This document shows positions 31,872 to 41,483 of a DNA stretch of 48,156 nucleotides, in pieces; the first letter of the stretch is position 1; every line of letters starts with the position of its first letter. Location of the stretch: positions 1 to 48,156 of the forward strand of contig JANTFI010000005.1 of assembly GCA_024763505.1 (NCBI GenBank), written 5' to 3'. The notes beneath the pieces were generated by a model, which was not told the origin of the DNA, did no database searches, and saw nothing but the letters and a program-made list of their open reading frames with translations. The translations under genes were made by a program, and so were the position numbers. Source of the stretch: Gammaproteobacteria bacterium (GTDB lineage Bacteria > Pseudomonadota > Gammaproteobacteria > GCA-001735895).

Positions 31872-32405
31872 ATGGATTTGAAACAGCGATTATTTTTGGC
31901 TTTGTGGCCGGATGAAAAGACCCGTCAGAATCTGTATGTGGCGTATCAATCAACATTAGCCGGTTCATTTGAAGAAGCAGAACGCCCTCTTGGGCCAGCC
32001 TCTTATCACTTGACCTTGCATTATCTGGGGCAAACCGGTCCCGACCAAAAGGCTTGTTATATCGAACAGGCGAAACGATTGAGTTTTACCCCTTTCTCGA
32101 TGCAAATCGATACAGTCGGGCAATTCAGCCGGGCGGCGGTTAGCTGGCTGGCCCCTGGCAAAATACCGGGCGAACTACTGCAATTACATGATGACCTGCG
32201 GCGAAATCTCGCGGATTGTGGGTTTAAAGCCGAGTACAGACCATTTAAACCGCACATCACGATGGCACGAAAATTTAAGCTGCCGATACAAGAGCAGAAA
32301 ATTACACCACTGTGCTGGGATGTGGACCGATTCGTGCTGGTGCTATCGGCGCCTTCAACGCAGGGCGTGCGCTATCGAGTCATCGAGACATTTCCGGCTT
32401 GTTAG
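31872..32405 (+). CDS. thpR: RNA 2',3'-cyclic phosphodiesterase (2H family)
   Basis: RLFLALWP, two HxT motifs (YHLTLHYLG, PHITMAR), C-terminal YRVIETF. Confidence 0.88.
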   Translation: MDLKQRLFLALWPDEKTRQNLYVAYQSTLAGSFEEAERPLGPASYHLTLHYLGQTGPDQKACYIEQAKRLSFTPFSMQIDTVGQFSRAAVSWLAPGKIPGELLQLHDDLRRNLADCGFKAEYRPFKPHITMARKFKLPIQEQKITPLCWDVDRFVLVLSAPSTQGVRYRVIETFPAC

Positions 32406-32430
32406 CCACCCTTGAATACCGGATAATGAT

Positions 32431-32450
32431 CTGAATTAACCTGAATTAAT
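32431..32450 (+). repeat. 10 bp tandem repeat CTGAATTAA(C/T) x2 upstream of the soxW-like gene
   Basis: Seen directly: ctgaattaac ctgaattaat. Confidence 0.45.
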
Positions 32451-32487
32451 CGGGTCAAAACAATGTACCTGAACCAGAGGGTTTTCC

Positions 32488-33555
32488 ATGTCGATGATTG
32501 TGCGTAGCAGTTTCAAGCTTCTGATATTTTTTTCATTCTCGTTGGTATTTTCACCTTTTGCACTGGCGTCCGAAAAGCAGGGGCGTTATCTCGGCGCGCA
32601 AACCTCGGAAATACCTGGCTGGTTCAAGGAGAGCTTTCTCGAGTTCGAGGAAGATGTCCGAGAGGCAGCCAGTCAGGGTAAACGGGTGATGCTGTATTTT
32701 CATCAAGAGGGTTGCCCGTATTGCGCACGTCTGGTCGAAGAAAATTTCACCCAACCCGAGATTGTCGAATATGTAAAAAACAAATTCGATGGCATCGCGA
32801 TCAATATGTGGGGCGATCGTGAAGTTATTTCCGTAGGTGGCAAGTCTTTTACCGAAAAAACCTTTTCAGAAGCGCTCAAGGTGCAATATACGCCCACCAT
32901 ATTATTTCTGAATGAACAGGGTAAAGTGATTCTGCGGCTTAATGGTTATTATTCACCGGAAAAATTCAAACAGGCTTTGCACTTTGCCGGTGACAAGATG
33001 GAGAAAAAGATGGCCTACAGCGAATTCATGCTGGTGCAGAAAAGCGACAAGAGTGGTCGCTTGATTGATGAGGATTTCTTTGTCCGGAGTAACGACCTGT
33101 CATCTCTGATAGGGCCGGGAAAACCAATGCTGGCCGTCTATTTCGAATCGCCATCCTGTGAAGACTGCGAAACGCTGCATCAAAAGGTACTGACCGATCC
33201 GGCCACCCGCGAGCTGGTGAAAAAAATGAACAATGTCCAACTGAATGTGTATTCCGATGAACCGATCGTGGGCGTCGATGGCAAGCCAGTCAGCGCCGCT
33301 GCGCTGGCCCGACAACTCGACATCGGATATACCCCGAGTGTGGTTTTTTATGATTCACAGGGTCGGGAAGTACATCGGGTAGAAGGCTTTCTGAAAACCT
33401 TTCACTTTCAATCGGCGTTTGCCTATGTGCTCGAAAAGGCTTACCTCACACAACCCAGTTTTCAACGCTACCTGAGTTCGCGTGGCGAACAATTGCGCGA
33501 GCAGGGCTATGATACCGATATTTGGGGATATGAATCGGCGTATCCGGCTCGTTAA
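32488..33555 (+). CDS. soxW: Exported tandem thioredoxin-fold protein, SoxW family
   Basis: Signal peptide, WFKESFL, CPYC and CEDC motifs, TPT/TPS cis-Pro loops, INMWGDREV. Confidence 0.7.
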   Translation: MSMIVRSSFKLLIFFSFSLVFSPFALASEKQGRYLGAQTSEIPGWFKESFLEFEEDVREAASQGKRVMLYFHQEGCPYCARLVEENFTQPEIVEYVKNKFDGIAINMWGDREVISVGGKSFTEKTFSEALKVQYTPTILFLNEQGKVILRLNGYYSPEKFKQALHFAGDKMEKKMAYSEFMLVQKSDKSGRLIDEDFFVRSNDLSSLIGPGKPMLAVYFESPSCEDCETLHQKVLTDPATRELVKKMNNVQLNVYSDEPIVGVDGKPVSAAALARQLDIGYTPSVVFYDSQGREVHRVEGFLKTFHFQSAFAYVLEKAYLTQPSFQRYLSSRGEQLREQGYDTDIWGYESAYPAR

Positions 33556-33736
33556 GTGTTTACCAGGAAGCGGGGTTAAATTTTCCGGAAAAAACCGGTG
33601 GTCTTTCTATACTTGAACACAACACGGAACTTTATTCCGTATCTGGCAAGACTTGTGCCGCGCTGCGACCCAAAACTGACGTCGAAATAGTTCGGCCTTG
33701 TCTGTACGACAATAACAATGAGGCCATCAGAATTTC

Positions 33737-34339
33737 ATGTCTCAACATTCGGCGTATTTCAATCATACCTCGGGTCGCAAAATGCTGCTCGAGGTTACCC
33801 AGCTTGCGCTGGCTGAATCTGCCAATCTGATCGCACTACAAACGGAGCGGGATATCCAGTTCCGAGTCTCTGCGATGACAGTAAAAAAACAGCAATCCAT
33901 CCAGCAGGTTCTCTCGGCGCAGGATCACCAAGTCTTGATCATTCATCAGTCGATTCAATCGAAATGCTCTGGCAGCTTGCTGTTCATGCTACAAGAAACT
34001 TCAGCCCGACAATTGCTGGCGCATTTGTGCCATGACGCCGGTTCAATTCATGAATTGAGCGAGCTGGATGAAGAGGCGCTGGTCGAGGTGAGTAATATCC
34101 TGGTTAATCATTGTCTCAGCCATTATGTACAGGTTCTGGACGTAAATATTTCGACAGCCGTACCGAAATTGTTGCACTATCTGCCGGCGCAGCCGCTACC
34201 CGAGGCACTTGCCGATTTGCCTGAATCCAGCTTGTTTTCCGTTGAACTTGACATAAATCTAGGCAACCTGACCCAGCAAGCGGTTATGCTTTGGCTGGGT
34301 CATTTTGACCAGTTTGACATCTTGCACCCGGCTGACTGA
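33737..34339 (+). CDS. CheC-like protein, divergent
   Basis: ELSELDEEALVEVSNILVN resembles the CheC E-x-x-N motif; SGSLLF and VPKL fit the CheC fold. Confidence 0.6.
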   Translation: MSQHSAYFNHTSGRKMLLEVTQLALAESANLIALQTERDIQFRVSAMTVKKQQSIQQVLSAQDHQVLIIHQSIQSKCSGSLLFMLQETSARQLLAHLCHDAGSIHELSELDEEALVEVSNILVNHCLSHYVQVLDVNISTAVPKLLHYLPAQPLPEALADLPESSLFSVELDINLGNLTQQAVMLWLGHFDQFDILHPAD

Positions 34340-34362
34340 CCCCGACCAGATTGCGAATATCC

Positions 34363-36882
34363 ATGCCATTTTCCTGCACTGCCGAACCCATGATTTCTGA
34401 TGCCGGTCTGCTTGATGCGATCGATAACGGTTTTTTTATGCTCAACCACAAAGGCGAAATCGTGGTCTGGAATCGCTGGATGGAGCAACACAGCTTTATC
34501 GGTCGTGAACAGGCGCTTTATCAGCCGGTTTCTGTGTTGTTCAGCGATATGAGTTCTCGCCTGCAACAGGCGATCAGCGATGTCTTGTCGATGCAGTTGA
34601 GTTCGGTTATATCTGTCCGGCTCGGGATGGCACAGCTGCCGTTGTATCGTTCGCGACAAGCCTGCCAACTGGATCACCGACTTTCGCAGTCGTTCAACCT
34701 GATGCCTGTTCAATATCGAAACCAGAATGGCTGTCTGGTTCAAATCACTGATGCCGAACTGCGAGAGCGATTCGAGGTATCCTTGAAAAGGACGGCGCTC
34801 GAAATCGACACCGTGGTCAGCCTCGCCCGTGAACAGGAGTACCAGTTACAAACCATTCTTGATAATACGCTGGATGCAATCGTGATACTCAATCGGCTCG
34901 GACGGATCAGCGGATTTTATCGCTCGGCCCAAAAAATGTTCGGATACAGTGAATTTGATTTACTGGGCAAGCCGGTTTCTGTACTGTTTCCATCGCCCTA
35001 CAACCGACGCTTCGATATGGCTATCGAGAAAAGTCAGGATGACCAGACTTTCAATTTGTTCGAACAGGCTAAATCACTGAAGAAGAGTGGTGAAATCTTT
35101 CATGCCGATATTGCCATCAACAGTATCTTTGAAGGCAAGGAAATGCAATTTATCATCACCATCAAGGATATTACCGAGCGACAGATTGCTCAGGAAGCCT
35201 TGTACCGGGAAAAAGAACAGGCACAGGTCACCCTCAGCAGTATTGCCGATGGTGTGATCACCACCGACATCATCGGACAGATCAACTTCGTGAACCCGGC
35301 GGCTCTCAAGCTGACCGGTTACCAGCAAGATGAATTGCTTCATAAGCGGCTGGACCGTGTGATTACCATCCAGTCGGAAAGAAGCCAGTTGCCGGTCTTT
35401 GAATGTATTGAGCATAGCCAACAGATCGACTCGATTTCGGGAGATGTGTTGATCGCCAAAAATGGCCGGCATATCGTCATCCACCAAGTGGCTTCGCCGA
35501 TTCATAATCAGGTTGGCGACACGGTCGGTGCGGTACTAATATTTCGCGATGTCAGCAAATCGCACCGTCTGGCCAGCCGCTTGTCCTGGCAAGCCAGCCA
35601 TGATGAATTGACGCAACTGTATAACCGGCGTGAATTTGAGCGCCAGTTGGAAACGATCATCGATGCGGCACGCAACGAGCAGTCCGAACATTGCCTGTGC
35701 TTCATGGATCTGGATAAATTCAAGGTGGTGAATGATACCTGTGGCCACGCAGCCGGCGATGAATTGTTGCGCCAATTAGCGGATATCTTCCGCCTCAAGG
35801 TACGCGGTGCTGACTTGCTGGCGCGTATGGGTGGCGATGAATTTGCTATCATATTGAATCAGTGTGGCATCGCGCCTGCCGTCAATATTGCGGAAGATAT
35901 CCGCAGTGCCATCGAGGACTTTCGCTTTGGCTGGGGAGAGCAATCCTTTCAGGTCGGGGTCAGTATCGGGCTGGTCTTGATCGATGTAGACAGCCCGGAT
36001 GCCGAAGAGGTTTTCAAGGCGGGTGATTCAGCCTGTTATGCTGCCAAGGAAGCAGGGCGCAACCGGGTCCATGTCTATAGCCCGGATGACACCGAAATTT
36101 CACTGCGCCAGGGCGAGTCGCAATGGATGGTTCGAATCCAGAAAGCCCTTGATGACAACCGGTTCCAGTTGCATTACCAGCCGATCATCTCAACCGATCA
36201 GTCTGCTCTGGACTTGCATTACGAAATTCTGCTTCGCATGGTTTCCGAGCAAGGTGAGTTAATTCCACCCGGTGCTTTCATGTCTGCCGCCGAGCGCTAC
36301 CAGATGATGTCGAAGATCGATATCTGGGTGATTGAAAACCTGTTCCAGTGGCTCTCGATTCATCGTTTAGGGCAGGGGCAGGTGGAAGATATTTTTGCTA
36401 TCAATCTGTCCGGGCAATCCCTGGCGGATGAATCCCTGTTGTATCGGGTTCGCCAGTTGTTTGATCATTATTCGATCCCTGCACACAGCATTAGTTTCGA
36501 GATAACCGAGACTGCAGCAATCAGCAATCTGTCACAAGCCCAGTTATTTATTCGTGAATTGAAGCAACTCGGTTGTAAATTCGCGCTCGATGACTTTGGC
36601 AGCGGGCTGAGTTCTTTTGCCTATCTGAAATCCCTGCCGGTAGATTACCTGAAGATCGACGGCGCGTTTGTACGTGATATGGTGAATGACCCGATCGACC
36701 GCGCCATGGTTGAATCGATCCATAATATTGGCAATGTACTGCAATTGAAAACAATTGCTGAATTCGTCGAAAATGATGAAATCCTGCAAGCACTGCGAGT
36801 GGTCGGGGTAGATTTTGCACAGGGCTATGGTATAGCTCGACCGAAACAGTTACCGGAAGACGGTTCCCGTCTGTACCCCTGA
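34363..36882 (+). CDS. Multi-PAS GGDEF-EAL diguanylate cyclase/phosphodiesterase; start uncertain
   Basis: Three PAS-like segments, HDELTQLYNRR, RGAD I-site, MGGDEF, YEILLR, FEITET, DDFGSG, KIDG, AEFVE, QGY. Confidence 0.92.
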   Translation: MPFSCTAEPMISDAGLLDAIDNGFFMLNHKGEIVVWNRWMEQHSFIGREQALYQPVSVLFSDMSSRLQQAISDVLSMQLSSVISVRLGMAQLPLYRSRQACQLDHRLSQSFNLMPVQYRNQNGCLVQITDAELRERFEVSLKRTALEIDTVVSLAREQEYQLQTILDNTLDAIVILNRLGRISGFYRSAQKMFGYSEFDLLGKPVSVLFPSPYNRRFDMAIEKSQDDQTFNLFEQAKSLKKSGEIFHADIAINSIFEGKEMQFIITIKDITERQIAQEALYREKEQAQVTLSSIADGVITTDIIGQINFVNPAALKLTGYQQDELLHKRLDRVITIQSERSQLPVFECIEHSQQIDSISGDVLIAKNGRHIVIHQVASPIHNQVGDTVGAVLIFRDVSKSHRLASRLSWQASHDELTQLYNRREFERQLETIIDAARNEQSEHCLCFMDLDKFKVVNDTCGHAAGDELLRQLADIFRLKVRGADLLARMGGDEFAIILNQCGIAPAVNIAEDIRSAIEDFRFGWGEQSFQVGVSIGLVLIDVDSPDAEEVFKAGDSACYAAKEAGRNRVHVYSPDDTEISLRQGESQWMVRIQKALDDNRFQLHYQPIISTDQSALDLHYEILLRMVSEQGELIPPGAFMSAAERYQMMSKIDIWVIENLFQWLSIHRLGQGQVEDIFAINLSGQSLADESLLYRVRQLFDHYSIPAHSISFEITETAAISNLSQAQLFIRELKQLGCKFALDDFGSGLSSFAYLKSLPVDYLKIDGAFVRDMVNDPIDRAMVESIHNIGNVLQLKTIAEFVENDEILQALRVVGVDFAQGYGIARPKQLPEDGSRLYP

Positions 36883-36890
36883 ACTGGGGT

Positions 36891-37421
36891 TCAGGCTTGC
36901 GCCAGAGAGCGCCGGTTATCACTGCCTGCGCGTTCTGTATTACCGCTTTTGGTATAGCTGGCCGGGCTCGAGTCTGGAGAATGCCCTGACAGGATCCGGA
37001 TGGACTGGGTCACTCGCTGCTGACTTTTTTGCAACAGTAAAGAATTGACAAACAAGGCGTGTTGCAATTTTTTCAATTCCCGATTGAGTTGGCCAGCCAG
37101 TTTTTGCATGTCTTCGTTTTGCGGACAATGTTCGAGAAACGTTTCGAGTCCTTGCGCCGATTCATCGAACCCGGCGGCTTGCAAAAGCTGCACCTGCTGG
37201 AGTCGGGTCTGCTCGATTTCGCTGGCTTCTTCGGGTACCTTGTTCAATAACTGCTCGAGAGCCGATTGGTCATTACTGGATATAGCCTGTTTGATTTGCC
37301 CGAGATAGTTTCGGTAGGCGTTAACTTGTCGAATCTGGATTTCGAGCAAGGTTTGCATCGCCTGTTGGTCGCGGTCATCGATCATCGGAGTTTGCATGTG
37401 GAGAGAAGCAGGCTGTGTCAT
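36891..37421 (-). CDS. flgN: Flagellar export chaperone FlgN
   Basis: Helical protein downstream of flgM, with a C-terminal Y.K.G motif. Confidence 0.75.
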   Translation of the reverse strand: MTQPASLHMQTPMIDDRDQQAMQTLLEIQIRQVNAYRNYLGQIKQAISSNDQSALEQLLNKVPEEASEIEQTRLQQVQLLQAAGFDESAQGLETFLEHCPQNEDMQKLAGQLNRELKKLQHALFVNSLLLQKSQQRVTQSIRILSGHSPDSSPASYTKSGNTERAGSDNRRSLAQA

Positions 37422-37463
37422 GTGCGTAAGTATCCTCAGGGTTACCTTGTGGTCTAGACCTGA

Positions 37464-37763
37464 TCAGGGTAACAGTTTCTCGATTTCTGCAAATTTGCTG
37501 GCAATCACTTGCGGGTCTGCCTGATATTCGCCCTTGGCCAGAGCTGCCTTGATTTGATCTACCCGGCCCTGATTGACTTCCGGCACTTGCTCGACTTGTT
37601 CAAGCAGCCGCTCCGAAGAAAGGTCGACTACGGTTGAAGCTGGTGCCTTACTGGCAGATTCGGTTGCGCCTCCGGTTTTTCGGGAACCGCCTTCCGGCGC
37701 CGTTGGTTGAGTCCCCGAATTCGGCAGTTTTACGCGGTTATTGGTGTTGATTGCATCAGTCAT
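37464..37763 (-). CDS. flgM: Anti-sigma28 factor FlgM
   Basis: V.LS...PEVNQGRVDQIKAALAKGEYQADPQVIA.K; position in the locus. Confidence 0.9.
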   Translation of the reverse strand: MTDAINTNNRVKLPNSGTQPTAPEGGSRKTGGATESASKAPASTVVDLSSERLLEQVEQVPEVNQGRVDQIKAALAKGEYQADPQVIASKFAEIEKLLP

Positions 37764-37794
37764 TGGTTTCTCCAGAATCTTCTACCCGATTTGG

Positions 37795-37821
37795 ATATCG
37801 GCCAGCCTCGATAAAAGTTTA
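37795..37821 (-). promoter_or_regulatory. Sigma28 promoter of flgMN (TAAA-N15-GCCGATAT)
   Basis: Minus strand reads TAAA cttttatcgaggctg GCCGATAT. Confidence 0.85.
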
Positions 37822-37844
37822 GTCTTTTTTACCATACTGCGAAA

Positions 37845-38540
37845 TTAAAAACGAACCCGTACTTCACCGGGTCCGCTCACCGTCGCCTGAATGATTTTTT
37901 GCGATTGCAGGTTTTTCACCTTGATCACTTGCCCGAGGCTGGCCGACTGCAATGCCTTGCCACTGGATTTGATCTGTAAACCTTTGATATCCAGCAGGAT
38001 ATTGACACTCTGCCCGGAGTGCACCAGTTTTTTTTCGGCCAGATTGGCCGGGGTTAATACACGGCCTGCCGGCAGGTTGCGTCGGGCTTGCAGACGCTCG
38101 AGCGAATCTTTTGCTGTGAAGTAACCCTGGCGTAATCCGGTCACGCGGGTCTTACGAAAACCGATGTCGCGGGTTGAAATCGATTGTCCGCGCAGCAACG
38201 GGGTGCGGGTAAAGGCGGCATCGTCATACAGGTCGATGCGCACGGGCACATGAAGTTTCCAGGAAACCGGCGCGCGGCACTGAATTTTCAGCGAAGTATT
38301 TCCGCTGGTACGGTCGGCATGGGTAAAACGGATATCCAGCGCTTCCTTGCAGGGTTTCAAACGCAGACGCGAATCCATCTCAGCGATCTCGAAACTGACC
38401 GGGTAGGGAGTCTGGTATGGGTACGAAACGATAAATTCTTCCGCTTGCAAGCTTACCGATGTGAGGCTTTGGCTGGTTTGCGCTGCAGACACGTTAAAGC
38501 CCGCCAGAAGCATCAATAGGGTCACGAGTTTTACCAACAT
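37845..38540 (-). CDS. flgA: Flagellar P-ring formation chaperone FlgA
   Basis: Signal peptide, DSRLRLKPC, SAF domain, GKALQSASLGQVIKVKNLQSQKII. Confidence 0.9.
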   Translation of the reverse strand: MLVKLVTLLMLLAGFNVSAAQTSQSLTSVSLQAEEFIVSYPYQTPYPVSFEIAEMDSRLRLKPCKEALDIRFTHADRTSGNTSLKIQCRAPVSWKLHVPVRIDLYDDAAFTRTPLLRGQSISTRDIGFRKTRVTGLRQGYFTAKDSLERLQARRNLPAGRVLTPANLAEKKLVHSGQSVNILLDIKGLQIKSSGKALQSASLGQVIKVKNLQSQKIIQATVSGPGEVRVRF

Positions 38541-38660
38541 TCGTCTATACTCATAGTCATCCTGTAGTCGAGCTGCAAGCTCAAGGGCTTCCAACCGCTA
38601 CGGCGGTGGTGTCAAAAATCCAGCAGGTTTGCGACGTTTGACAGATCATGGATTGAAATA

Positions 38661-38676
38661 AGCAAGTTTAATGCCA
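38661..38676 (-). promoter_or_regulatory. Sigma54 promoter of flgA (TGGCAT-TAAAC-TTGCT)
   Basis: Near-perfect -24/-12 consensus on the minus strand. Confidence 0.85.
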
Positions 38677-38707
38677 TAAACAGGCTGAATTCCTTTCTGA
38701 TTCGACC

Positions 38708-38734
38708 TAAAGAAAATGGTAAATGAGTCGATAA
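38708..38734 (+). promoter_or_regulatory. Sigma28 promoter of cheV (TAAA-N15-GTCGATAA)
   Basis: Consensus-like elements with exact 15 bp spacing. Confidence 0.75.
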
Positions 38735-38791
38735 AATCAATCAGTGGGCGGTTCGATGGGGAACCCGCTCCAAATCAAAGAGGTTTTTTTC

Positions 38792-39721
38792 ATGTCAGGT
38801 GTCATGGCAAGTGTCGATCAGCGCACTCAACTGGCTGGTCGGAATCGGCTTGAATTATTGATGTTCCGCCTTAACGGATCGCAGTTGTACGGTATCAATG
38901 TTTTCAAGGTACGAGAAGTGTTGCAGTGCCCGCCCCTTTCCAATGTTCCGCAATCCCATCCGGTGGTGCGCGGAATTTCCAATATACGCGGTAATACCAT
39001 CAGCATTATGGATCTGAGTATGGCGATTGGTGGGCCACCGGTTGCGGATGTGGAAAACGCATTTATTATCATTTCGGAATACAACCGCAGCGTGCAAGGG
39101 TTTCTGGTCAATGAAGTCGATCGCATTGTCAATCTGAACTGGAAAGATATGCTGCCGCCGCCTGCCGGGACCGCCGGTTCGAGTTATCTGACGGCGGTTA
39201 CCTATGTCAATGATCAAATGGTCGAAGTCATTGATGTGGAAAGGGTTTTGTCAGAAGTGGTGGGCGCCAAGGAGCATGTTTCCCAGGATGTGTTGGATAA
39301 TGTCGATCACGACCGGGATCAACAAAAAAACTTGATATTGGTTTCCGATGATTCAATGGTTGCGCGTAAACAGGTTTGCAAAACGATTGAAAATGAAATG
39401 AACATGGAAACCATCACTACCAAGGACGGGAAGGAAGCGATAGACCTGCTGAAAGGTTGGGCCGATGACGGCGATGAACGACTGGAACGTCTGGCGATGG
39501 TGATATCCGATATCGAAATGCCGGAAATGGATGGATACACCTTCACCACCGAAGTGCGTTCCGATGAGCGTCTGAAGCACTTGTATATTATTTTGCATAC
39601 CTCGATGAGCGGTGTTTTCAATCAGACCATGGTCGATCGGGTGGGGGCAGATAAATTTATCGCCAAATTCGAACCCGATATTCTGGCTCAGGCGGTGATC
39701 GACGCGCTGAAGACCGTGTAA
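38792..39721 (+). CDS. cheV: Chemotaxis protein CheV (CheW-REC)
   Basis: SVDQRTQLAGRNRLELLMF, YGINVFKVREV, DDSMVAR, SDIEMPEMDG. Confidence 0.95.
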   Translation: MSGVMASVDQRTQLAGRNRLELLMFRLNGSQLYGINVFKVREVLQCPPLSNVPQSHPVVRGISNIRGNTISIMDLSMAIGGPPVADVENAFIIISEYNRSVQGFLVNEVDRIVNLNWKDMLPPPAGTAGSSYLTAVTYVNDQMVEVIDVERVLSEVVGAKEHVSQDVLDNVDHDRDQQKNLILVSDDSMVARKQVCKTIENEMNMETITTKDGKEAIDLLKGWADDGDERLERLAMVISDIEMPEMDGYTFTTEVRSDERLKHLYIILHTSMSGVFNQTMVDRVGADKFIAKFEPDILAQAVIDALKTV

Positions 39722-39742
39722 GGCCGGTTATCGCAGCCAACC

Positions 39743-39863
39743 AGGTGGCAAGGGGATGCCTGAACAGGTTGCCACCTTGCCGCTTGCACCCACTTATTCT
39801 TTTGTCTTATATCCGTAACTTGTTGTTATTCAAGAAAAATACCTGATTGGCACTTTCCCTGCT
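39743..39863 (+). promoter_or_regulatory. Sigma54 promoter region of flgB: 9 bp inverted repeat (39743-39751/39769-39777), IHF-like site (39816-39828) and -24/-12 element TTGGCAC-TTTCC-CTGCT (39847-39863)
   Basis: GG-N10-GC spacing; minus-strand TAACAACAAGTTA approximates WATCAAN4TTR; the AGGTGGCAA/TTGCCACCT repeat may be an enhancer or a cheV 3' hairpin. Confidence 0.75.
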
Positions 39864-39902
39864 GTAGCTTTGGCAAGTTTAAGATTTGTCAGGTGACAAC
39901 CG

Positions 39903-40301
39903 ATGTCGGTAATCGAAAGAGCCTTTTCCATACACGATGATGCGTTGCTGTTGCGCTCCCGCCGCAGCAGCGTGCTGGCTGCCAATATCGCCAATGCCGA
40001 TACACCGGGTTACAAGGCGCGTGACATGGATTTCTCAGCGATGCTTAAAAAGGTCCAGAGCGGACAAACCGGCGGCGTCAAGCTGGCTCGTACGGATTCT
40101 CGCCATCTGGCCAGGCAGCAACTTGCCGCTGACCCGGACATTCAATTCCGCATTCCACTCAACCCAGCGCTGGATGGCAATACGGTCGATATCCAGACCG
40201 AACAGGCCCGTTTTTCTCAAAATTCGGTGCAATATCAAACCAGCCTGACTTTCCTCAGCAGCAAGATCAATGGATTGCGGCTCGCAATCAAGGGGCAATA
40301 A
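39903..40301 (+). CDS. flgB: Flagellar basal-body rod protein FlgB
   Basis: LAANIANADTPGYKARD, DGNTVD. Confidence 0.96.
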   Translation: MSVIERAFSIHDDALLLRSRRSSVLAANIANADTPGYKARDMDFSAMLKKVQSGQTGGVKLARTDSRHLARQQLAADPDIQFRIPLNPALDGNTVDIQTEQARFSQNSVQYQTSLTFLSSKINGLRLAIKGQ

Positions 40302-40303
40302 TC

Positions 40304-40714
40304 ATGGGCTTACTGGCTAATTTTCAGATTTCCGGCAGTGCCTTGAGTGCCCAGTCCCTGCGTCTGAACACGACCGCAAGCAATATGGCCAATGCGAATA
40401 CGGTGGCCGGATCCGAGCAGGAAGCCTACCGCGCCCGCGAAACCGTGTTCCAGAGTTATCTGCTCGACAAGGCGCGTCCGGCTGAAGCGGGGGTACGCAT
40501 GCTGGCTGTTGTACACAGTGATGCACCGGTAGAACGCAAATATGACCCGGATAATCCGCTGGCCAACGAGCAAGGCTATGTGTTTGCCAGTAACGTCAAC
40601 AGCGTCGAGGAAATGGTCAATATGTTATCCTCATCGCGTTCCTATCAAAATAACGTTGAAGTCCTCAACACCTCGAAGGACTTGATGATCCGCACGCTTT
40701 CGCTGGGTCAGTAA
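40304..40714 (+). CDS. flgC: Flagellar basal-body rod protein FlgC
   Basis: SALSAQSLRLNTTASNMANA, YDPDNPLA, NVNSVEEMVNM. Confidence 0.96.
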   Translation: MGLLANFQISGSALSAQSLRLNTTASNMANANTVAGSEQEAYRARETVFQSYLLDKARPAEAGVRMLAVVHSDAPVERKYDPDNPLANEQGYVFASNVNSVEEMVNMLSSSRSYQNNVEVLNTSKDLMIRTLSLGQ

Positions 40715-40741
40715 CGATGTTGACGGTGCCGGAGAAATGTC

Positions 40742-41419
40742 ATGAGTGAAATCGATAGCAAGCAAATCTACGCCGATCTGGGTCTGAACAAGACCCAGCC
40801 AAAGAATGATGAAGGCAAGAATGAACTGGGTCAGGCCGAGTTTCTCGAACTGATGACGGCACAGCTTCGCTTTCAGGACCCGCTCAAGCCGATGGAAAAC
40901 GGTGACTTTATCGCCCAGATGGCGCAATTCGGTACCGTCAGCGGCATCGGCGATCTGAACAAGACCTTTTCCGATATGAGTGCTTCGTTCCAGTCCAATC
41001 AGGCTTTGCAAGCTTCCACCATGGTCGGACGCAATGTGCTGGTGCCGGGCGATCGGGTGCAACTGGAAGCGGACAAGGGATTGCAGATGGCGGTCGATTT
41101 GAAGACACCAGCCAGTCGCGTGCTGGTCAATATCACGGATGCCAGCGGCCAGTTGGTGCATCGTATCGATCTGGGGCGGCAGCCTGCCGGCATGATTGAC
41201 ATCGACTGGAATGGCCTTAATCGTGATGGTAACCGGCTGGCACCGGGTCGTTATCAAATTGCAGCCGAGGTCGAGCAGGGTGACCAGGTTTCGGCTGGCG
41301 ATACGCTGATTGCCGCGCAGGTCGAGTCCGTCACGCTTGGCAGTGCCGGTCAGGACTTAACACTCACCGTTTCGGGCCTGGGGGATATCAATATGAGCCA
41401 GATCCGGAAAATCATGTAA
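40742..41419 (+). CDS. flgD: Flagellar hook capping protein FlgD
   Basis: LGQAEFLELMTAQLRFQDPLKPMEN. Confidence 0.96.
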   Translation: MSEIDSKQIYADLGLNKTQPKNDEGKNELGQAEFLELMTAQLRFQDPLKPMENGDFIAQMAQFGTVSGIGDLNKTFSDMSASFQSNQALQASTMVGRNVLVPGDRVQLEADKGLQMAVDLKTPASRVLVNITDASGQLVHRIDLGRQPAGMIDIDWNGLNRDGNRLAPGRYQIAAEVEQGDQVSAGDTLIAAQVESVTLGSAGQDLTLTVSGLGDINMSQIRKIM

Positions 41420-41483
41420 ACACCGACCAACGCTTAATCGTTCAGGGTTACCTGACTACACGTTATCACAAGAGGAACTGATT

